Source: Deltaproteobacteria bacterium (GTDB lineage: Bacteria > Myxococcota > UBA727 > VGSZ01). From it: 24,464 bases of DNA. Of the stretch, positions 7,838 to 15,177 are shown piece after piece. The notes under the pieces are model-generated. The model was not told the DNA's origin. It saw nothing but the letters and a program-made list of their open reading frames with translations, and did not search any database. Every line of letters begins with the position of its first letter. Position 1 is the stretch's first letter. The stretch covers positions 1 through 24,464 of the forward strand of contig JAYTVG010000281.1 of NCBI GenBank assembly GCA_043744135.1, given 5' to 3'. Made by a program: the position numbers and the translations under genes.

Positions 7838-8834
7838 GACTGCTCCAAAACCGTGAGAAGCCACCGTACGACAGACCCATGCCAGCGGCCAGCGTCACAT
7901 ACAAGCCAAAGCGGATCTGCAGCTGGCTTTCGACGGTGCGCTGAAGCCCGTACACCACGAGGAGGTAGGCACACAGCACAGTCGAAGCAGCACCGATCAG
8001 CAAGTGCCACAGCGAGGTGCGCCGCGACGCTTGTAGCTGTTCGCGCTGCGACGAGCGCCCCACGCTGCTATCGAGCACGCGGCGCGCCCGCCCCACCAGC
8101 AGCGCCACCGCGGCGCACGCCAGCGCAGCATGCAGCACGCCCCCCGAAACCAGCCCGATTTGAAACGGGTGGGCGCGGTCCGAGATCCACGGCAGCAGCG
8201 TGCCCACCAAGGTGAGCAGCGCCGACAGGAACGTGACCTTGTCCGACGGTTGCCACACCCGCCAGCCCTGGCGCAGATCGCGCAGCAGCTCTTCGACTTC
8301 GCCCGCGACTGCGTCGAGCAGGCTGGGGGCTGCAGGGCTTGGTGCGTGCGGCACCGTGTGGTCGGGTGCTGGGCGGCGCGCGCGACGGCGTTCATCGCCC
8401 GAGGGGTCGTCGCCGATCGGGCGCGGGCGGGCGCGGCGCTCGCGATCGCCCGACGGGTCATCGCCGAGCGGTCGGTTGCGCAAGCGCCGTTCCCCCGACG
8501 GGTCGTCGCCGATGGGGCGGCGCTTGCGATCATCCCCCGAGGGGTCGTCGCCGATGGGGCGGCGCTTGCGGTCGTCGCCGGGCTCGTCAGGACGACGTCG
8601 TGCTTCGCGCTGCGCCGACAGCTCACGCGACATCGCTTCGGATTTTTGTTGGAGCTCACTTTGATGTCGTTGCGCTTGGGCATCGCGCGTCACACCGCTC
8701 GTGCCACGCTCGGGTGGACGCTCGGGCGAACGCTCGGGTGGACGCTCGGGTGGACGCTCGGATGGACGCTCCGGTGGACGCTCCGGTGGACGCTGTGAAG
8801 CGCGGTCCGGGCCTTTTTGCTGCGGCGGAGGCAT
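7830..8834 (-). CDS. Membrane protein with repeat-rich charged N-terminus and about 4 C-terminal TM helices
   Basis: MPPPQQK start. PPER-type repeats and RRPIGDDPSG-type repeats, then TM segments (VTFLSALLTLVGTLLPW; GLVSGGVLHAALACAAVALLVG; LWHLLIGAASTVLCAYLLVVYG; RFGLYVTLAAGMGLSYGG). Confidence 0.75.
   Translation of the reverse strand: MPPPQQKGPDRASQRPPERPPERPSERPPERPPERSPERPPERGTSGVTRDAQAQRHQSELQQKSEAMSRELSAQREARRRPDEPGDDRKRRPIGDDPSGDDRKRRPIGDDPSGERRLRNRPLGDDPSGDRERRARPRPIGDDPSGDERRRARRPAPDHTVPHAPSPAAPSLLDAVAGEVEELLRDLRQGWRVWQPSDKVTFLSALLTLVGTLLPWISDRAHPFQIGLVSGGVLHAALACAAVALLVGRARRVLDSSVGRSSQREQLQASRRTSLWHLLIGAASTVLCAYLLVVYGLQRTVESQLQIRFGLYVTLAAGMGLSYGGFSRFWSSHA
8395..8575 (-). repeat. 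Four copies of the coding repeat unit RP(I/L)GDDPSG(D/E)
   Basis: Plus strand repeats of GG(G)TC(G/A)TCGCCGA with (C/T)GGG(G/C)CG flanks; protein reads RPIGDDPSGD, RPIGDDPSGE, RPLGDDPSGD, RPIGDDPSGD. Confidence 0.85.
8706..8794 (-). repeat. 12-bp tandem coding repeat (PPER/PSER/SPER, about 7 units)
   Basis: Units of GCTC(G/C)GGTGGAC and variants on the plus strand. Confidence 0.85.
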
Positions 8835-8995
8835 GCGGCTATCGTTTCGCCCTCCAATCCGCCCGTCAAGGGATCGCGAGCTGTGCTCGCGCGCGCCATC
8901 GAGCCACCAGCACGGTCCGCTCGCGACCCGCGTGTGTCGTTGTGACGCGGGTTTCGTGGCTCGACGACACCTTTGCACGCGGCACGCAGCGTTCT

Positions 8996-10936
8996 ATGCG
9001 ACGCGCTGTGACCGCTACTGCCACCCCATCTGTCGCTAGCTACCAGGTGTTGGCGCGCAAGTACCGGCCTCAGACGTTTGAGGACGTCGCTGGACAAAGC
9101 AACGTGGTGTTGACGCTCAAGCGCGCGCTTGAAACTGGCCGCGTGGCACATGCGTTTTTGTTCACTGGCAGCCGTGGGGTGGGCAAGACCACGCTCGCGC
9201 GCATCTTGGCCCGCTGCTTGGTGTGCGCGACCGGCCCGACAGCGACGCCGTGCGGGGTGTGCAATCTGTGCATGGGTGTGCAGTCGGGGGCGCTGACCGA
9301 CGTCGTGGAGATCGACGGCGCCTCGAACAACTCGGTGGATCAGATCCGCGACTTGCAGGAGATGGCGCGGTTTTTACCGCAGTTGGCGCGCGTCAAAATT
9401 TTCATCGTGGACGAGGTCCACATGCTGTCCACGAGCGCGTTTAACGCCTTGCTGAAGATCTTAGAGGAGCCGCCACCGCATGTGAAGTTCATCTTCGCGA
9501 CCACAGAACCGCACAAGATCCCCGTCACCATCTTGTCGCGCTGTCAGCGCTACGACTTTAAGCGCCTGCCGCAAAAGACCATTGTGGCGCGCCTCAAACA
9601 CGTGCTCGCTCAGGAGCACACCAGCGTGTCGGACGCCGGCATCGAGGTCATCGCGCACGCCGCTGAGGGTGGCATGCGCGATGCCCTGAGCTTAACCGAC
9701 CAGGTGTTGAGCTTCGCGGGGGCAAACGCATCCGCACAGCAGGTGGCTGAAGCGCTCGGCATCATCGATCGGCGCAGCGTGGTGGCGGCGGTCGAAGCTG
9801 TGCTCGCTGGCGATGCCAAAGCAGCACTCGACATTGTGCACGCCGCGCACGCGAGCGGACATGATTTGCGGCAGCTGCTCAGCGGCGTCGCGCAAGAGTT
9901 GCGGCATTTGTGCGTCGCCAACGCCACCGGCACCATTTTGGGGCTGGCGGATCTGACGCCTGAAGACAGCGCCCACATCGACGCGCGCGCGCGCACCCTC
10001 GACAGCAAAGATTTGCTGCGTGTGCTGGCGATGACGCTCGATGGCATGGATCCACTCGCGCGCGCAGAAGATCCGCGGTTACACCTTGAGTTGGTATTGC
10101 TGCGCATCTGTCGTCGCGCACCGCTTAGTGAAGCCCTCGCGATCAGCGAAGCTATCGTGCGGTTGGAGGCGCTGAAGGCCGGCAAGCCCGTGCCACCGCT
10201 CGCACAGCTGCGACCGCTCGACATCGTGCGCGCCGCCTTGGCGCCCGCCCCAACAGCGCCCACCCCAACAGCGCCCGCCCCCACAGCGCCCACCCCAAGG
10301 GCGCCCGCGCCAACAGCGCCCACCCCAACAGCGCCCGCCCCCACAGCGCCCGCCCCCACAGCGCCCGCCCCCGTCGTGGCGGCGGTCGGCGAAGATCCGC
10401 CCTGGGTTGTCGACGAGGTGCCGGCGGGCCGTGCCTCGGTTGTGCGTGCGCAACCGCCAAAGCCCTTTGAATCAAACCACGACGCTGACGAGGTGGACGA
10501 AGGCATCGATCCTGCTGCGGGCCTGCCGTTACTCGGGGTGGACGCGCGCTTTATCGCCTTTGTCGACGCCACCGCGAAAAGCAACCGCCCACTTGCAATG
10601 CACCTCGACCAGGCCCGCGTGGTGTCGACGAACGACAGCGCGGTGCGCGTGGGCTTTGTCCGCGACCTGCACGAGCGAGCGCTGGCGCCGGCGTTGCTCG
10701 ATGCGGTGTTGTTGGCGGACCTGCGCGCGGCCTACGGCGCGGCTGTGACGCTGGAAATCGTCAAGCTCATCGACGGGACTGCCGCCGCCCCGTCGATGGC
10801 AGAGGCGCGCACCGCAGCCCTGGCGGCGGCGCAAGCGGCGCTCGAAGCGCACGCCAAATCGCATCCCGTGGTCGCCAAAGCGGTGGCGTTATTTGGTGGC
10901 CCAGTGCGTTCGGTGGTGCGCAAGGGCATCGCTTGA
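8996..10936 (+). CDS. dnaX: DNA polymerase III subunit gamma/tau
   Basis: YQVLARKYRPQTF, Walker A GSRGVGKTT, Zn site C..C...PCGVCNLC, DEVHMLS, SRCQRY, EGGMRDALSL. Start at 8996 or GTG 9008. Confidence 0.97.
   Translation: MRRAVTATATPSVASYQVLARKYRPQTFEDVAGQSNVVLTLKRALETGRVAHAFLFTGSRGVGKTTLARILARCLVCATGPTATPCGVCNLCMGVQSGALTDVVEIDGASNNSVDQIRDLQEMARFLPQLARVKIFIVDEVHMLSTSAFNALLKILEEPPPHVKFIFATTEPHKIPVTILSRCQRYDFKRLPQKTIVARLKHVLAQEHTSVSDAGIEVIAHAAEGGMRDALSLTDQVLSFAGANASAQQVAEALGIIDRRSVVAAVEAVLAGDAKAALDIVHAAHASGHDLRQLLSGVAQELRHLCVANATGTILGLADLTPEDSAHIDARARTLDSKDLLRVLAMTLDGMDPLARAEDPRLHLELVLLRICRRAPLSEALAISEAIVRLEALKAGKPVPPLAQLRPLDIVRAALAPAPTAPTPTAPAPTAPTPRAPAPTAPTPTAPAPTAPAPTAPAPVVAAVGEDPPWVVDEVPAGRASVVRAQPPKPFESNHDADEVDEGIDPAAGLPLLGVDARFIAFVDATAKSNRPLAMHLDQARVVSTNDSAVRVGFVRDLHERALAPALLDAVLLADLRAAYGAAVTLEIVKLIDGTAAAPSMAEARTAALAAAQAALEAHAKSHPVVAKAVALFGGPVRSVVRKGIA
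10241..10373 (+). repeat. 15-bp tandem repeat encoding a (P-T-A-P-T/A)n linker in DnaX
   Basis: About 9 units of CC(C/A)ACAGCGCCC(G/A)CC giving APAPTAPTPTAPAPTAPTPRAPAPTAPTPTAPAPTAPAPTAPAP. Confidence 0.9.
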
Positions 10937-11697
10937 CAGACGTCGCACACGACCGGCACGTCCACGCGCTGTCGTCGACGGTGGTGGTGTTGGTGCGTAC
11001 GGAGGGGCCGTTAAACGTCGGCAGTGTGGCGCGGCTGTGTGGCAATTTCGGTTGTGGTCTGCGCTTGGTCGACGTCAGCGCTGACACCACGAGCAAACAC
11101 GCGGTGATGATGGCGCACCCGGCCGAACAGGTGCTGCTGCAAGCGCAGCGGTTCGCTACGCTTGATGAGGCGCTGCGCGATGTGGACGCGTCGATCGGCA
11201 CGTCGTCAAAGATCGTGGATGCGCGCGATGGGCCGGTGTTTGACGTCGCGCGCGCGCGCGGGTTTTTGCCGGCGGCAGGCTGCACGGTGGCGGTGGTGTT
11301 TGGCAATGAGCGCACGGGCCTGAGTGTGGGCGAGGCTGCGTGCTGCACGCGCTTGGTGAAGCTACCGACACCGGGCACAAACGACAGCTTGAACCTCAGT
11401 CACGCGGTGGCGTGTGTGTTGACGCTGTTGGCGCAAGCGCAACGCGACAGCGCCACCGACGTTACCAGCGCGCCGCGAGCTGCTGCTGACGCGCGCGCCG
11501 TGTTGGTGACGCAGTGGCTGGCTGCGCTCGAGCTGCGCGGTTATTTTAAAGCACAACGGCCTGAGCGGTTTTTGCCGAGGCTGCGCGAGATCGTGGACAA
11601 GATGGACATCAGCGACCGCGACGTGGTGTTGCTGCGTGACATGCTGCATGTGTTGGCGCACGGCGCCGCACCCAAACAAGAGCGCGCGCATGGCTGA
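10933..11697 (+). CDS. trmJ: SPOUT RNA methyltransferase, TrmJ/LasT family
   Basis: VVLVRTEGPLNVGSVARLCGNFG, AVVFGNERTGLS, PTPGTNDSLNLSHAV; TTG start overlaps the dnaX stop. Confidence 0.85.
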   Translation: MTDVAHDRHVHALSSTVVVLVRTEGPLNVGSVARLCGNFGCGLRLVDVSADTTSKHAVMMAHPAEQVLLQAQRFATLDEALRDVDASIGTSSKIVDARDGPVFDVARARGFLPAAGCTVAVVFGNERTGLSVGEAACCTRLVKLPTPGTNDSLNLSHAVACVLTLLAQAQRDSATDVTSAPRAAADARAVLVTQWLAALELRGYFKAQRPERFLPRLREIVDKMDISDRDVVLLRDMLHVLAHGAAPKQERAHG

Positions 11698-13222
11698 CGC
11701 AGCAGCAGCGACGCCCGCGCAACATGACATCGTGTTGTGCACGATGAACGCCAAGTGGGAGCATGCCAGCTTTGGCTTGCGGTGTTTGATGGCGAATTTG
11801 GCGGAGTTGTCGTCGTGCGCGGTGATGATCGAGCGCACCATCCACGACCGCGCCAGCGACATCGCGGAGGAGATCTTAAGCTACCGGCCGAAGATCGTCG
11901 GCATTGGCGTGTACGTGTGGAACGCGGTGTTGGCGCTCGAAGTCGTCACGATCCTCAAACGCGTGCTTCCCGACCTGCACGTGGTGATTGGCGGGCCTGA
12001 GGTCAGCCATGAAGTCGACGCGCAAGACATCGTGACGCGTGCGGACTACGTCGTCACCGGTGAAGCCGATGTGGCCTTCATGCAATTGTGCACCAAGTTG
12101 CTGGCGGGTAAAAAGCCGCTGCTTAAGCGCATTGACGCCGGCAAACCCGAGCTGCACGCGCTGCAATTTCCCTACGCGCTGTACACCCACGACGACCTGC
12201 ACAAGCGCATCTTGTATGTGGAGGCGTCGCGCGGCTGTCCGTTTACCTGCGAGTTTTGCCTCAGCGCCCTGGACGACGGCGTGCGCACGTTCGCGCTTGA
12301 GGCGTTTTTGGCGCAGATGCAAACACTGCTTGAGCGTTTTGTCGGTGGGCGCTTGATGCTGAAGTTTGTCGATCGCACTTTCAACATGAAGATCGACGAC
12401 AGCGCTAAGATCTTGGAGTTTTTTTTGGCGCGCATGCGGCCCGGGCTGCATTTGCATTTCGAGATGATCCCCGACCGCCTGCCCGAACGCCTGCGCAGCT
12501 TGCTCGGGAAATTTCCTGCCGGCACGGTGCAGTTGGAGGTCGGCATCCAAACCCTCGATGTCGACGTCAGTAAACGCATCGCACGCAAACAAGACGTCGC
12601 ACGCATCGCCGACAACTTGGCGTTTTTGAAGCAGCACACCGGCGTGCACGTGCATGCCGACCTCATCGTCGGGCTGCCCGGTGAGTCGCTCGCGATGTTT
12701 GGCGCCGGCTACGACCAGCTGTACCGATGGCAACCTGAAGAGATCCAAGTCGGCATCTTGAAGCGGCTGCGCGGCACGCCGCTGCGACGTCACGACGGCA
12801 TTATGCGCTACACCGACACGCCGCCGTACGAGGTGTTGTGCACCGATGCGCTCGATTTTGTCGACGTGCAACGCCTCAAACGTTTCGCGCGCTACCACGA
12901 CGTGGTCGCCAACAGTGGACGTTTCAAGGCCGTCAGCGCGCTGTTGTTTGGCGACGCACCGTTTGCGCACTTCTTGGCGTTTTCCGATTGGCTGTGGCGC
13001 ACCACGCGCGCGACCTCTGGCATCGCGCTGTCGCGGTTGGCGCGCTTGCTCACTGAATTTTTGGTGAGCGAGCGCGGTGTGGCGGCCGAGGTGGTCGCGC
13101 ACGCCATGGAGCTCGACATCGGCCGCGACCGCATGGCGTCGCTGGTGGCCGACGACGCTGCGGGTGCTGTGAGCACCGCCCCGCGGCTGCCCAAGCGCCA
13201 AGCGCGTCACGTGATGCCTTAG
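11690..13222 (+). CDS. B12-binding-domain radical SAM protein (DUF4080-like)
   Basis: N-terminal cobalamin-binding domain (PKIVGIGVYVWN, VVIGGPEVS), YVEASRGCPFTCEFCLS (CxxxCxxC), DLIVGLPGE, LKRLRGT. Confidence 0.92.
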   Translation: MADAAAATPAQHDIVLCTMNAKWEHASFGLRCLMANLAELSSCAVMIERTIHDRASDIAEEILSYRPKIVGIGVYVWNAVLALEVVTILKRVLPDLHVVIGGPEVSHEVDAQDIVTRADYVVTGEADVAFMQLCTKLLAGKKPLLKRIDAGKPELHALQFPYALYTHDDLHKRILYVEASRGCPFTCEFCLSALDDGVRTFALEAFLAQMQTLLERFVGGRLMLKFVDRTFNMKIDDSAKILEFFLARMRPGLHLHFEMIPDRLPERLRSLLGKFPAGTVQLEVGIQTLDVDVSKRIARKQDVARIADNLAFLKQHTGVHVHADLIVGLPGESLAMFGAGYDQLYRWQPEEIQVGILKRLRGTPLRRHDGIMRYTDTPPYEVLCTDALDFVDVQRLKRFARYHDVVANSGRFKAVSALLFGDAPFAHFLAFSDWLWRTTRATSGIALSRLARLLTEFLVSERGVAAEVVAHAMELDIGRDRMASLVADDAAGAVSTAPRLPKRQARHVMP

Positions 13223-13343
13223 GCAGCGCTAGCGAGCGTTCGAAATTTAATCGCGCGGCGCGGCTACTTCTTCGCCCGGCCGTTTGCGCGCACCGTGCAC
13301 AAAAGCCGAGACGGCGCCGCACCGTTGAAGCATCATCGCGTGC

Positions 13344-13955
13344 ATGAAGGTGGCGTCAGTCGTCGTGGGCTTTGCAGCGCTGTCGGTCGCGTTGACGGCG
13401 CTTGGCTATGCCGCCGCGCGCGTCGGGCCACCACCACCCGCAAACGTGCTGGCGGCGGCGGCGCGACCCGCGGCCCTAACCGCACCACCTCCACCGCAAG
13501 CACCGACGTCGGACGCAGACCGTGACGCAGACCGGCGCGCACCGCTGCTGCCCGCGCTGTTTGTGGTCCAAAACGCCACTGCAAAAACGCAAATCGTGCT
13601 GGCGGGCCCACGGGCAAAGCCGCTGTTGTTGCACCTGTGGGCGTCGTGGTGCGGGCCGTGCCGTGCGGAATTGCCGGCGCTATTGGCATTTCACGGTCCC
13701 GCCGAGGTGCTGGCGGTGACGGTGGACGACCGTTTTGACGACGTCATGGCATTTTTTGGCGGCAACATCCCCGCGCAAGTGGCGTGGGACAGCACCATCT
13801 CGTTGGAGCGTGCGCTTGGGGTGCACAGCATCCCGACGACGTTTTTGATCGACACTGCAGGGCGCGTGATCGATCGCTACGATGGCGCTCAAGCGTGGCA
13901 GCAGCCGGCGATGGTGGAGGCGGTGCGGGAGGCGCTCGCGCCGCACATCCGTTGA
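13344..13955 (+). CDS. TlpA-family thiol:disulfide reductase, membrane-anchored
   Basis: LHLWASWCGPCRAELP and GVHSIPTTFLID; N-terminal hydrophobic anchor. Confidence 0.92.
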   Translation: MKVASVVVGFAALSVALTALGYAAARVGPPPPANVLAAAARPAALTAPPPPQAPTSDADRDADRRAPLLPALFVVQNATAKTQIVLAGPRAKPLLLHLWASWCGPCRAELPALLAFHGPAEVLAVTVDDRFDDVMAFFGGNIPAQVAWDSTISLERALGVHSIPTTFLIDTAGRVIDRYDGAQAWQQPAMVEAVREALAPHIR

Positions 13956-13985
13956 CGCTGGGCACGCAATGCCTCACGTGGTCGC

Positions 13986-14402
13986 ATGCCATTGTTTGAA
14001 TACCGCTGCGGCGCCTGCCGCCACTTGGAAGAGCTCCTGCAAAAGCACGGTGACGTCGCCCCAGAGCGCTGCCCGGCTTGCAAAAAGAAGGGGACGATGA
14101 CCAAGGAGATCAGCCTGACGTCGTTTCAGCTCAAAGGCGGCGGCTGGTACAAAGACCTGTATGCATCAACGCCCGCTGGCGGTGCAGACAGCGGCACGGA
14201 TGGCGCCAGCGACGGCAAAAGCGACAGCAAAAGCGACAGCAAAAGCGACGGCAAAAGCGACGGCAAAAGCGACAGCCCGACGACGAAAGCGGACGCGAAG
14301 CCTGCGGCCGACGCTGCGAGCAAGAGCACCGGCTCGGACAAAAAAGCCAACGCGAGCAAGCCCACCGCCAAAAAGGCCAAAGCCCGCAAACGCGCGAGCT
14401 GA
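13986..14402 (+). CDS. FmdB-family zinc-ribbon protein with Ser/Asp/Lys-rich low-complexity tail
   Basis: MPLFEYRCGAC...CPAC...FQLKGGGWY; the tail has 12-bp repeats (SDGK/SDSK). Confidence 0.9.
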   Translation: MPLFEYRCGACRHLEELLQKHGDVAPERCPACKKKGTMTKEISLTSFQLKGGGWYKDLYASTPAGGADSGTDGASDGKSDSKSDSKSDGKSDGKSDSPTTKADAKPAADAASKSTGSDKKANASKPTAKKAKARKRAS

Positions 14403-14405
14403 GCG

Positions 14406-15086
14406 CTACGGACAGGCCCCGCTCGCGAACACCGCTTCGCAGTTGCGTTCGTCGTCGAGGGTGACGGTGACGGGGCCGGTGCCGGTGCCGCAGATCCGCC
14501 AACCACAAAACGTCGAGCCGGCAGCGGCTGTGGCCGTGAGGGTGTCGCTTTCGTCGGCGAAGTAGCCCGCTTGGCAGTCGCCGTTGCCGTCGGTGCTGCA
14601 GTCAATGCGCGGCGTGCCGTCGTTGCGCAGCGCGGCGCTGGTGACGTTGCCGATGCCGAGGTCGGCTCCGTTTGGGGCCGAAAACACCACCAACAACGTG
14701 TGCAGTTGGCGGAAGTTGGCAGTGCATACGATCTCGTCTCCCTCATCGTCGTTCGGCAGCGCCGCCACAATCGACGCGTCTTGGGTGTTGCGCTCGGGGT
14801 TGCCATTTTTGGTGCAGGCCCAGCCGCCAAACAGCGCATCGCGGGCGGCCTCGGCCACCAGCACCACGTTGCCACCGATGGCGAAGTCGCGCGCTGCGTC
14901 GGTGCAGTCGGTGCTGCAGTCGATGCCCTCGGGGTCAGAGACAACGCCGCCGAGGCCATCGCCACCTTTGACAACGGTGACGCGCAAGGCTTTGGTGTCC
15001 ACGTGCGGGCCATCTGACGGGTTCGACGGTGGTGCGCACGCGAGCGTGCACGCGGTCCCAAACAACATCGGCAACAGCTTTGACAT
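14406..15086 (-). CDS. Lipoprotein with two divergent InlB B-repeat-like, Cys-containing domains
   Basis: MSKLLPMLFGTACTLAC signal. Two units of type V..G.G.V.S...GIDC...C....V.L.A.A..(D/G)S.F.GW..C. Confidence 0.72.
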   Translation of the reverse strand: MSKLLPMLFGTACTLACAPPSNPSDGPHVDTKALRVTVVKGGDGLGGVVSDPEGIDCSTDCTDAARDFAIGGNVVLVAEAARDALFGGWACTKNGNPERNTQDASIVAALPNDDEGDEIVCTANFRQLHTLLVVFSAPNGADLGIGNVTSAALRNDGTPRIDCSTDGNGDCQAGYFADESDTLTATAAAGSTFCGWRICGTGTGPVTVTLDDERNCEAVFASGACP

Positions 15087-15177
15087 CGACGCAGTGTAGG
15101 TGATGTCGAAGCGCTGCAACATCCGCCCATGCACGGTTGTGTGCTGTTGGTGCTGCGGGTTTGCTAAGGTCGCGTCC

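Noticed and set aside
8395-8794. Possible CRISPR array
   Set aside because: The repeats are in-frame coding units with short, similar spacers; no cas genes.
8339-8995. N-terminal extension of the 865-aa ORF
   Set aside because: It is the antisense shadow of the repeat-rich minus-strand gene; DnaX homology starts at about 8996.
8835-8995. SRP RNA (ffs) upstream of dnaX
   Set aside because: The conserved domain IV sequence with GNRA tetraloop was not found on either strand.
13264-13332. Short minus-strand reading frame ending ...RANGRAKK-stop
   Set aside because: About 22 codons with no credible start or RBS.
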